Shown here in pieces: positions 1 through 8,288 of a DNA stretch of 64,000 nt (position 1 is its first letter; each line of letters begins with the position of its first letter). Made by a program: the position numbers and the translations under genes. This DNA comes from a bacterium (GTDB taxonomy: Bacteria; Armatimonadota; Zipacnadia; Zipacnadales; Zipacnadaceae): contig JAUVXR010000001.1 in assembly GCA_030603495.1 (NCBI GenBank), forward strand, positions 4,993 through 68,992, read 5' to 3'. A model generated the notes under the pieces. It had not been told where the DNA came from, did no database searches, and saw nothing but the letters and a program-made list of their open reading frames with translations.

Positions 1-233
1 TGCTCCTCGCTCTCCCCCAGGGCCTTCTGCGCTCGATCGCGCTCAATTAACGCTAAGCATATAATCAGGCCAAATATAAGCAGAAGACCTATCGCCAAGA
101 ATCCCAGGTAGAGCTGGTGGGGGGCCACGTCAAGAATCAACAACTCCCCAAACCGCCATTCGTTGAAACTGAAGTAGTGGCCAATTGCGTAAACCATCCC
201 GGCCAACAGCAGTGGAATAAGGGAAAAGCACAT
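1..233 (-). CDS. partial polytopic membrane protein; only the N-terminal 78 codons are in the window and the gene continues past the window start
   Basis: ATG at 233 (rc) is followed by 78 sense codons open to the window edge. The translation MCFSLIPLLLAGMVYAIGHYFSFNEWRFGELLILDVAPHQLYLGFLAIGLLLIFGLIICLALIERDRAQKALGESEE contains two hydrophobic helices. It lies 17 nt downstream of the stop of the 972-aa gene on the same strand. It is absent from the ORF track because no stop codon falls inside the window. Confidence 0.35.
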   Translation of the reverse strand, partial: MCFSLIPLLLAGMVYAIGHYFSFNEWRFGELLILDVAPHQLYLGFLAIGLLLIFGLIICLALIERDRAQKALGESEE

Positions 234-250
234 CGCTTTGTATTTAGTTT

Positions 251-3169
251 TCACAAGGTCACCTTCTGGCTATCCTGAATCATCCGGATACGTCTCAAAC
301 GGGGCAAGATCTTGATAGAAACCTCTTTGGCTTCTGCGGGCCTCAATTCCAAGTCTATCTCAGACTTTTCCAGATAATGGTAGGCAGGTAAGTTGTGGTC
401 ATATATCTTCAGACGCCACTCCCCAGGGCGCAAACTCTCAAAGAAGAATTCACCACTATAGTTTGTGATCGTGCGCAGGACCTCGTCACCATTAGCGAGC
501 TCGACAAGAATGTTTCCCAGACCCCAAGGTTCCCGCGAGTTCTGGCCACTTCCGGTACGGCCATTCCCATTCCCATTTCCGTTGCCACTGCCATTCGAGC
601 TTCGCGGGTCACCGACGACGTAGACAGCCTGGCCGTCATGCACTGTGTGCCCATTCCCGTTGCCATTGCCGTTCACGGGGAGTACCATTACTGTTCCTGA
701 GACGCGGGCAGCCTCAATGACGCTAATGTCAAGCTCTGTTATCTGGCCGCCTATTATTTCCACCAGAATTGGCAGTTTGTGCTCTGTGACCCGATTCAGA
801 CCGATAGACTTTCTGTCCACGTATACTGAGTAAGCCCCCGCGGTAAGGCAGGGGAAAACGAAATAGCCTTGGTCGTCGGTGACGGCTGTTGCGCCAGTGG
901 TGGTGAGGATTGCCCGCGCAATACCTGCACTGTCCGGCGCGTCGGCATCGAAAACTCTGCCTCGGATGACACCGACATTCTTCTTTTTTCTGACAGGTAG
1001 GCTCAGGGGGATGGGGATGGTATATGTGAATGCGTAGGTGGTGTCGTTGTTCCTGCTTAACTCATGCCTATAATGCCGGATCTGGAAATCCAAGCTGTGA
1101 CCGTTGCGCAGGGCATAACGGGTGCGGAAGCTAAACTGATCGGTTGCTGGTCGGTCACGGGCATCGAAGTTGTACTTCACATACCACAGACTCATCTCCA
1201 GATCGTCGCTTGGCTTCCACATTGTTGAAGCTCCCAGGTTATTGCTTCCACCCAGTAGCCGGCTTCCTCTGAGAGCATCATCTTTACCAAATCCTCCGTA
1301 AAGAGTGAGCAAGAAGTCCCGCGTCGGCCTATACGTGGTAAAGACATTGAAGTGGTCGACCCGTCCACTTCCACCGCCGATGAGGTCCCTTTGTTTACCC
1401 CCACGCGCCTCAACACGAAAACTAGACCTGCCCGTTGACCGTCCTACCGACAGCCGCAACGCGTCCTCTTCGTAGTCGTAGTCCGCGGGTGCCAGCCGGT
1501 CGCGACGGCGGAAATCGTCATAATCAAGCGAAAGATACCACTTAGACGGCAAGCTATACCTGAGGCTCAATTGCAACAGGTTTTCCTTGGGGGCCGTTGT
1601 CGCATCGCCCCGCAAGGCTAGATTCTTTTTCCAGCGGCTGTAAGATGCGCGGCCCTGGAGACGGCCTCCGAGCGGGAAGCTCACTGACCCCCTGGTATAA
1701 TCGGCATCGTGATAGTAGCCGTAGTAATCGGGCCCCGCGTGCGTTTTGCTGAAGGAGTAATAAGTCTTCCGCCCTGCCTGGCCGTTCAACCCGACGCGAT
1801 AGGCATCGTCACGCACGCCCCCGCTCCGATTGCTGTCGCTCCTGCCGTATTCCACCTCAAGTTTCATCTTATCAGAGGGTTGGAACTCGCCCTCCACACT
1901 CCACACGGAATCATGGACAGCAGGCGTGTCGCCGTACGAGTCGTACTCCTTCCGCAACAGATTGAATTTCGTCCTTAGCCTGTCGTTGATGCGGTGGCCG
2001 ACATAGGCGCCAAACTGTTTCCTGTCCGGCCGGCTCCAGCGGCTGCGGAGGTAGCATGTCCCCAACTTAACACTGTCGTCGGGAGGATGAAAACTGACTC
2101 CCAGCCCCCGACCGTAAGCAAAATAAGAAGTCAATCGGGAAAGCACAAAGCTCTGATCGCCCAGGCGCACGTCGTAGTCGGTAGTGGCATAATTCAGCCA
2201 GTATTCGTCCCGCTTTCCGAAAATGCCCTTGCCCTGAGTATCGAAGGGCCGCAAGAGAAACTTTATCGCCTTGGTTCCCTCTTCGTCCAAAGTCCCCGCG
2301 CCGCGCAGCTCGGCCTGAACCCCATGCGCACCGTCCCTTCCGTGCACATCAATAGTAAGCGTGGCTGGTAGCCGGTGGTACATATCCGGCTCCCTGGTTA
2401 CCGTGGGGATAATGTCAACGCTTACCGCAAGCGCTGCACTTGGCCGCCCGTCGGCCAGCTCCTGGGCCTCTGCCCTTATCCGTATCGTATGCTTGCGCAG
2501 CCGCTGCTCATTCGGATCCGTCTGGACAGTCACACTGACGACTTTGTTGGCGCCGGCGGCCAGGGTAGTCTCGGCAGGCTCTATGGTCGCCGGATAGTTC
2601 TCCCTGCTCGTGACTTCCAGTTTTACTTCAAGCGTGGCGTTGCCCTGGTTAATTACCCACAACTTAACCTGATACTCATCACCCGCAATTACAGTGTCAG
2701 GCTTGTGCGCGAGCAAGAGAGCCAATTCCCCCACCGGTAGCACCGCGATAGCTACTGTGTCGGCATCCTGGATCGCATAATCTCGTTGGCTGCGGACAGA
2801 ATAGGTGACATCATAGCGCTGTGCCAACGCGCTGATAGGGACCCTGAGAGCTACTATGCGGGTGGTGGCCTCGGAGGGGCGCAGCGTAAAGCTGCTGGTG
2901 GGGATAATGGACTGCCAATCCGGCGGGAGTTTCACAGCCTCGATGAATTCTTCCTCGCGGTCCGTCTCGTTGGTGACCAGGAAACTGAGGCTGACGATGT
3001 GGCCCGGGGCCATGTCCTGCAGGGAGGGCGACACGGCGCGCACTTCTATGCCATTGCCCTTGCCTTGCGCTAGGGCCGTCGCTGCGCAGAGCAGCAGAGC
3101 AAGAGCGACTAGCGCAACTTTATTCAATCTCCAGGTGATGCCATGTCCCAAAGACATATTCATCTCCAT
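251..3169 (-). CDS. large secreted beta-rich surface or outer-membrane-like protein with (GN)n linkers and two C-terminal carboxypeptidase-regulatory-like (transthyretin-fold) domains
   Basis: 972-aa ORF. The N-terminus has a signal peptide (KVALVALALLLCAATALAQG). The central roughly 600 aa are rich in Y/G/R/D/S in alternating patterns typical of beta-barrel or beta-sandwich proteins. Segments GRVFDADAPDSAGIARAILTTTGATAVTDDQGYFVFPCLTAGAYSVYV and GTVMVLPVNG...GEFFFESLRPGEWRLKIY resemble the CarbopepD_reg fold. GNGNGNG runs are encoded by hexanucleotide-like repeats near nt 540-700. Confidence 0.7.
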   Translation of the reverse strand: MEMNMSLGHGITWRLNKVALVALALLLCAATALAQGKGNGIEVRAVSPSLQDMAPGHIVSLSFLVTNETDREEEFIEAVKLPPDWQSIIPTSSFTLRPSEATTRIVALRVPISALAQRYDVTYSVRSQRDYAIQDADTVAIAVLPVGELALLLAHKPDTVIAGDEYQVKLWVINQGNATLEVKLEVTSRENYPATIEPAETTLAAGANKVVSVTVQTDPNEQRLRKHTIRIRAEAQELADGRPSAALAVSVDIIPTVTREPDMYHRLPATLTIDVHGRDGAHGVQAELRGAGTLDEEGTKAIKFLLRPFDTQGKGIFGKRDEYWLNYATTDYDVRLGDQSFVLSRLTSYFAYGRGLGVSFHPPDDSVKLGTCYLRSRWSRPDRKQFGAYVGHRINDRLRTKFNLLRKEYDSYGDTPAVHDSVWSVEGEFQPSDKMKLEVEYGRSDSNRSGGVRDDAYRVGLNGQAGRKTYYSFSKTHAGPDYYGYYHDADYTRGSVSFPLGGRLQGRASYSRWKKNLALRGDATTAPKENLLQLSLRYSLPSKWYLSLDYDDFRRRDRLAPADYDYEEDALRLSVGRSTGRSSFRVEARGGKQRDLIGGGSGRVDHFNVFTTYRPTRDFLLTLYGGFGKDDALRGSRLLGGSNNLGASTMWKPSDDLEMSLWYVKYNFDARDRPATDQFSFRTRYALRNGHSLDFQIRHYRHELSRNNDTTYAFTYTIPIPLSLPVRKKKNVGVIRGRVFDADAPDSAGIARAILTTTGATAVTDDQGYFVFPCLTAGAYSVYVDRKSIGLNRVTEHKLPILVEIIGGQITELDISVIEAARVSGTVMVLPVNGNGNGNGHTVHDGQAVYVVGDPRSSNGSGNGNGNGNGRTGSGQNSREPWGLGNILVELANGDEVLRTITNYSGEFFFESLRPGEWRLKIYDHNLPAYHYLEKSEIDLELRPAEAKEVSIKILPRLRRIRMIQDSQKVTL

Positions 3170-3947
3170 TGTCTGCTACGATGAGGGCCTTGTAGTTGCC
3201 GGCGGGCAGCAGAGACAAGTCTATCTTGCAGCGGGTGGAGCAGCCAGGGTAGATACGCCGCCGCTCTCCATCAAAACGCCCCAGGGTCATCCCTTGTTCG
3301 TCAAAAATCTCCGCCCACACCAACGGCCGCAGCCATTGCTCGCCGGTGTTTTCCATGTCTAGCTGCAAGACGCGCTTGCCGTCGTTGACAACGAGCTGTA
3401 TGTCGGCGAAATTCATGTCCGTCTCGCCCGCGTAGCCAGGGTTCGATGAGAAGATGTGCGTCACCATCTGAATTCCGTAGCGTATGACCGTGCGGATCCT
3501 GACTTTGATCTTGCCTTCTTCTTCGGGCGGTTCCAGACTCTCCTCGGTCAGCGGCTCAACCATGAGCATACTCCAGTATGTGCCAGCCAACTCCTGGTCC
3601 GCTGGAGACCGGAACGCGTAGTAGATAGAAGCTGTCCCCTTCGGGGGAACGATGAGCTGCCTCGGCGACAAATTGATCCACGACGCGTTAGAGCGCGCCA
3701 CACTACCGGGGTCGAGGTACATCTTTTTGCCTCCGGCATAAAACAGGCAGTCCTTCTGATAGCATCTGACGGTCTGGGGCTTCTCGGAGCGGTTACGGAG
3801 TAGAATTTGACCTTCGGCACTCTCGCCCGGCTGCAGGGTAGCCTCACGCGTCAAGGACCCGACGACAACAATACCCGCCGCTGAAGCCACACTTGCCGCT
3901 GTTATCAAGAGGCAAGAGTAAAGTGTTAACGTTCTGAGAGCTTTCAT
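3120..3947 (-). CDS. secreted protein of unknown function (275 aa); a periplasmic chaperone-like role is speculative
   Basis: N-terminal signal peptide MKALRTLTLYSCLLITAASVASAAG. Its stop overlaps the start of the 972-aa gene, and it sits in the same-strand operon of secreted proteins. No catalytic motif was recognised. Confidence 0.6.
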   Translation of the reverse strand: MKALRTLTLYSCLLITAASVASAAGIVVVGSLTREATLQPGESAEGQILLRNRSEKPQTVRCYQKDCLFYAGGKKMYLDPGSVARSNASWINLSPRQLIVPPKGTASIYYAFRSPADQELAGTYWSMLMVEPLTEESLEPPEEEGKIKVRIRTVIRYGIQMVTHIFSSNPGYAGETDMNFADIQLVVNDGKRVLQLDMENTGEQWLRPLVWAEIFDEQGMTLGRFDGERRRIYPGCSTRCKIDLSLLPAGNYKALIVADNGDEYVFGTWHHLEIE

Positions 3948-4435
3948 TCGATATCCACCACCGTGTAAATAATAGTAGTCGCATAATTGTCCGCGAACAT
4001 CTGCGCCGAAACCCCGCTCAACTTCTCTTGAATGTAAATGGTGGTTCTGTTGCCCGAACCGGAGAAGAACACCGTATCACTAGTGGTGACTTGTTGGTAA
4101 GTCGTCCCATCACTAATGGCTCCATCACCATTCCCGTCGTTTGTCCTCGCCACCCACAATACGAGGTCCTCATGCCATGTGGTGTCGCTTCTTTTCACAT
4201 CCACGCGCCAGTTATCATCGCTGCCGCTTGTGCCGGTGATGTCAATTACGACTTCGTCGGCGTCGCTTGTGTAGATGCTGTTCAGGTCACTTCCAGGCCC
4301 CGCCTCTAAATCGGCTTCGTCTACGGTCTCGGCCCAGGCCCCGGTCACCGTAATGTTTATGGCGCCTGCGGGCACACATGTCACCAAGGCAAACAGGGCA
4401 GCGAGCGCTATGCTTGGCCAAACTCCTCGTCTCAT
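3944..4435 (-). CDS. small secreted protein (163 aa), candidate surface or pilin-like subunit
   Basis: Signal peptide MRRGVWPSIALAALFALVTCVPAGA. The mature part is T/S/D/G-rich and beta-strand-like. A 4-nt start/stop overlap (3944-3947) with the downstream gene indicates translational coupling. Confidence 0.6.
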   Translation of the reverse strand: MRRGVWPSIALAALFALVTCVPAGAINITVTGAWAETVDEADLEAGPGSDLNSIYTSDADEVVIDITGTSGSDDNWRVDVKRSDTTWHEDLVLWVARTNDGNGDGAISDGTTYQQVTTSDTVFFSGSGNRTTIYIQEKLSGVSAQMFADNYATTIIYTVVDIE

Positions 4436-4527
4436 CTCATTGGGCCTCCCCTTTTGCTTGGGATAAGAGGTGGTAGGGTATCACAATCCTACCACCTCCC
4501 GTACTTCCTGATTCAGTTCCTACTACG

Positions 4528-5091
4528 CTACGCCGCGTCTGTGAGAGTTAGCGTCACCGTAGCATCTGTTGCCCCCTGCACCACCACATCTGCCAATGTA
4601 GTGATCGAAAGGGTCCAGGTCAGAGTGGCGCCGGGAGACCCCGAATGGCCCGACCCGATGCCGGTAATGATGGAATCCACGGAGCTTGCGGCGCTAGTCA
4701 AATCTATGCCGTCCGCTACGAGGTCACCATCGTCACCGCCGTGACTGGCTCCCAAAGCAGTTGCTTCGACGTTGAGCGTAAGGCCGGCAGGAATAGCATT
4801 CAGCAGTACTGACACATCTACGGACCGCGTCTCCGCAGCCCCCACCGTCGAGGTGTACTCGACACTGGTGGTCTCTGCCGCACTGACAACGGGACTGAGC
4901 CCAGAGCCTTCAGCAGGCGCACTAATGGTGAAGTCCGCAGTCCCCGTCGTGCCCACGTCAATTATCTCACTTATTGTTATGCCCACGAGCTGATCATCGG
5001 TATCCGGGGCCGCCATCGCGGCTGACCCCATCAGCGCCAGCAGGGCACCTACGAACAGAAACGTCATGGTCTTTTTCAGTGTCTTTTTCAT
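4528..5091 (-). CDS. small secreted protein (187 aa), candidate surface or pilin-like subunit
   Basis: Signal peptide MKKTLKKTMTFLFVGALLALMGSAAMA. The mature region is T/S/A/G/V-rich with no Cys, a beta-sandwich-like composition. An RBS (AGGAGA) lies 8 nt upstream of the ATG at 5091. It is the first gene of the operon downstream of the response regulator. Confidence 0.65.
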   Translation of the reverse strand: MKKTLKKTMTFLFVGALLALMGSAAMAAPDTDDQLVGITISEIIDVGTTGTADFTISAPAEGSGLSPVVSAAETTSVEYTSTVGAAETRSVDVSVLLNAIPAGLTLNVEATALGASHGGDDGDLVADGIDLTSAASSVDSIITGIGSGHSGSPGATLTWTLSITTLADVVVQGATDATVTLTLTDAA

Positions 5092-5111
5092 CTCTTGTAC
5101 TCTCCTTTGTG

Positions 5112-5135
5112 TTCGGGTATAATACCCGTTGGTGT
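5112..5135 (-). promoter_or_regulatory. candidate promoter/operator: perfect inverted repeat GGGTAT-A-ATACCC containing a TATAAT-like hexamer, about 25 nt upstream of the first secreted-protein gene
   Basis: Sequence cgggtataatacccg at 5117-5131 has 6-bp perfect arms with a 1-nt spacer. It lies in the 475-bp intergenic region between the LytTR regulator and the operon it may control. No -35 element was assigned. Confidence 0.25.
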
Positions 5136-5567
5136 TTGGAGCGTCCGCCGCGTCGCCTCAAGGCCACGCTATTGGCAGATCGACTCCTTCGCTACTCATC
5201 GCCGCGAGCTCTGTTAGCAGAGATGCTTTGCGGCGATGTACTTCTTGTGTCGGCCTCGGGAAGGCCTGAGCTCGACATTGTGCCCCGGGCCACCTCCTTT
5301 CAGAGCGTGTATTGTCAAGGTAGGGCCAAACAGCACCGCCTCTCGGTTCGTTGGACAGCACTATGACCCACGTGGGACCAAACCTATTACAACCCTGTAC
5401 TGTCACAATCGCTATCATACCCAAAAAACGTCGACAAATGGGGTGACTACCTCTCGGTGGTGTATTTCCTCTGCGAATGGTGTAAATCCACTTTCTAGGG
5501 GGGCTTGACGGGTGGAACAAGGGGGATTGTGGGCGGCTGAGTTAGTATCTACGCCCGTGCAGTATCC

Positions 5568-6419
5568 TCAAATGCCCAACAAGGTGAACAGCTGCTTCGC
5601 CCGGGAACGAGAGACGGTGAGGTCATTAAACATCATGCCGGCGCTGCCGTCCTTGAGGATAACGTCGTAGGAGCCGTCCCCTACGGGAATCAGATGCTCA
5701 ACATATTTGAGGTTGATAAGCACACCGCGGTTAATGCGCTTGAACCCCTGGGAAGTGAGACGCTGTTCAAGCCGCTTGATGGTGTAATAAGTTGGGAAGG
5801 CCTTTTCCGCCGTGTGCAGCACAGTCCGCCCGCCCTCTCGCGCGGCATAGATAATCAGGGAAGAGTCAATCAGCCGAACTGTGGCCTCCTCGTAGTCCTT
5901 AATGGGAAGCATGTACAAGGGTGCGGACGGCTGTAGTCCGACGAGTTGCGCGACCATTTCACGCAGCACCTCAAGTGCAGGCGCTTTCTCGTCTAGTGCC
6001 CGTTCGATGCGCTCGATAGTGGCCGCAATGCGGTCCTGTAGCACTTCGAGTTTGTCCGATTTGACCACATAATCAAGTGTGGCCAATTCGAACGCCTTTA
6101 CTGCGTATTCGTCGTGGGCCGTGACAAAGACAATCAGCGGTGGGTGGTCCAATGTAACTACAATCTCTGCGACCTCAATGCCACTTATGTCTGGCATCTG
6201 GACGTCGAGGAACAGTACGTCCGGTGTCGTTTTCTCCACTAGCTCCAAACAATCCGTGCCATTGAATGCTTGGCCGACCACTTCGACTTTGCCGGTGGCT
6301 TCTAGCAGATCCTTGATTATTGTGGCCCACATCGGCTGGTCATCTACAACTACCGCGCGTATCATATAGCCATCAACCCACAGCGCAGGGTAGTATCTGG
6401 GACAACTCCTGCAGAGCAT
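5568..6419 (-). CDS. two-component response regulator with REC domain and LytTR DNA-binding domain (LytR/AlgR/AgrA family)
   Basis: N-terminal receiver motifs are present (MIRAVVVDDQP..., LFLDVQMPDISG, VFVTAHDEYAVKAFE). The C-terminus has a LytTR-like region (RINRGVLINLKYVEHL). The true start is probably the internal Met at about 6365 (MIRAVVVDD), because the upstream 18 codons are Cys/Pro-rich and atypical. Confidence 0.85.
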   Translation of the reverse strand: MLCRSCPRYYPALWVDGYMIRAVVVDDQPMWATIIKDLLEATGKVEVVGQAFNGTDCLELVEKTTPDVLFLDVQMPDISGIEVAEIVVTLDHPPLIVFVTAHDEYAVKAFELATLDYVVKSDKLEVLQDRIAATIERIERALDEKAPALEVLREMVAQLVGLQPSAPLYMLPIKDYEEATVRLIDSSLIIYAAREGGRTVLHTAEKAFPTYYTIKRLEQRLTSQGFKRINRGVLINLKYVEHLIPVGDGSYDVILKDGSAGMMFNDLTVSRSRAKQLFTLLGI

Positions 6420-7096
6420 TGCGCTCTTGGGTAGGGCAGTTCATGTAGCAATGCGTCGAATATAGACAGGGCGCAGCTAGCGACAGTTCTCCGTGCAGGC
6501 TGCGCGATACTATCATCCTAACGGGGTATTTCATCCGACTTAGGAACAACCCACTGCACAGATAACTACCCCCGTCTGCTGGCGCCCGCCAAGTCTGTTT
6601 GCCGGAGATGTAAGTCATCAGCATTTGGGGGACCAATTAGGGGCTGCATTAAGGTACAGTTGGGGCGTTCCGGCTCGAGGGTTTGCATCCCTCTCCATGC
6701 ACCGGGCTCTCTGAGTTGTCCAGATCCAGGATGATACGCGATCTCCCGGTGTGCGCCATGGCCTGCGACATCCAGATGGCACTGAGCCGGGCCAACCCCG
6801 CCACATTCTCCCTCCGGGTCAGTATTCCGGTCTCAAATCGATTCAGGGTGTTGGTACTGGCTGCCGGCTTGCCGCTCGCCTCCGGGCCTACCACCGTACG
6901 CATTCACCGGATCTAGGGCCAAACGCTCCGCATCGTCGGTCTCCTCGTAGCCTGCCAGTCGGCTGTAGACTGCTTGCCGCAGCAACCCCACCTGATGGTG
7001 CTGCACATTGCGGCCGCGCCCGACTCGCTAAGCCCGCCACTGCACAACTGATGTCCAGTGGAGCCGCCATGTGCCGCTTTTGCCCTAACACTCAAC

Positions 7097-8251
7097 TTAT
7101 ATAGTCGTTTGAGATCGAATTTGGTTGGGTTCTTCTTCGGGGGATTTCTTGAGGTGAATGGCCGCGGCCTCGCCGGCTGGCTCCCCTTCGTTTTCGTTGC
7201 TGTAGGCGAGAAAGTCAGGCAAAGCCTCAGCCGCAGCCTGCTTGGTGGCTCCATCCGAGTGCAGGTAGCGTGAAGTCGTGCTCAGGTCAGCGTGGCCCAG
7301 CAGTTCCTGGACTGTTTTCACATCCACTGCCGAGTGGAGCAGCATTGTGGCGTAGGCGTGACGCAGACTATGGGCCGTGATGCCGGCTCGGTCAAGCCCG
7401 GCTCTCTTCACAATGCGCTTGAAGATTCGATAGAACGTCGAGTTGCCCATGCGCTTGGCGCACCTATTAGGGAAGAGAAGCTCTGAGGTTGACTCTCGCC
7501 CGGCCAGGTATTGCTTGAGTATTTGCCGGGTCTGTCCCGGCAGAGGAATTACCCGTTCCTTGCCGCCTTTGCCCATAATCCGAATGCGGCTCAAATCGGC
7601 TGTCAGGTCAGAGATGCGCAGATTCAGGAGCTCAGAGCGGCGCAAACCCGCAGTGAGCAGCAGCATGATTATCGTACGGTCGCGAATGTCGCCAGCAGCT
7701 TGGACCAACCGTCGGCCTTGCTCTGAGGTGGGGCCCTGGGGCAAACTGCGCGTCTGTTTGGGCTTCACCACACCCTCCACTGGGTTAGACTCCACCAGGC
7801 CGCTGCGCCTCAAGTAGCTAAAGAACGAGCTCGTAGCATTCAGTGCCCGCGTAATTGTGGCTGCTGATAGTCCACTCATCGAGACGGCAAAGGCCTGTAG
7901 CTCGCGGCTGCTAATCTGGCGAACGTCCGTTGTTAGGTTATGAGACACCAGGAAGTCGTGCAGCCGCCTCAGATCCCGGCCATAGGCTTGCAGGGTAAGC
8001 GGAGAAGCTTGGCGGTACTGCTCAAGATAGGTCAGAAAAGAATCCACCAAGTACTGGAAGTCGTAGATTCCCTGTTCGTTGTCAGCGACAACGGCCGCTC
8101 CCGGTTGGCAACCGAGGCCTATTGTCGTTGCCTCGTTTTGATGTTCAGGCACAATGCTTCTCACATGTCTATCCCTAACTGGTGTCCGGGGGACCGCCAG
8201 AACATGACGTCCGCCACCATCTATATGCGGTTGCCTACAGGCCAGACTCAT
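7097..8251 (-). CDS. tyrosine site-specific recombinase/integrase (phage integrase family)
   Basis: The C-terminal catalytic region has HSLRHAYATMLL ... LGHADLSTTSRYLH (R-H-R-Y residues). A SAM-like N-domain is present (FLTYLEQYRQASPLTLQAYGRDL). The ORF-track start is probably too far upstream, because the first roughly 50 codons are low-complexity and Arg/Pro-rich. Confidence 0.8.
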   Translation of the reverse strand: MSLACRQPHIDGGGRHVLAVPRTPVRDRHVRSIVPEHQNEATTIGLGCQPGAAVVADNEQGIYDFQYLVDSFLTYLEQYRQASPLTLQAYGRDLRRLHDFLVSHNLTTDVRQISSRELQAFAVSMSGLSAATITRALNATSSFFSYLRRSGLVESNPVEGVVKPKQTRSLPQGPTSEQGRRLVQAAGDIRDRTIIMLLLTAGLRRSELLNLRISDLTADLSRIRIMGKGGKERVIPLPGQTRQILKQYLAGRESTSELLFPNRCAKRMGNSTFYRIFKRIVKRAGLDRAGITAHSLRHAYATMLLHSAVDVKTVQELLGHADLSTTSRYLHSDGATKQAAAEALPDFLAYSNENEGEPAGEAAAIHLKKSPEEEPNQIRSQTTI

Positions 8252-8288
8252 TGTGCGGTTTCACTATCACCTTTGGTGTCTTGGGTAT

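Noticed and set aside
395-2740. Several 80-125 aa plus-strand ORFs inside the 972-aa secreted-protein gene
   Set aside because: They are antisense GC artefacts nested in a gene with a signal peptide and domain signatures.
6649-6903. 84-aa ORF with a weak helix-turn-helix-like segment
   Set aside because: It overlaps other small ORFs on both strands and has no convincing motif or start context. I could not support it as a gene.
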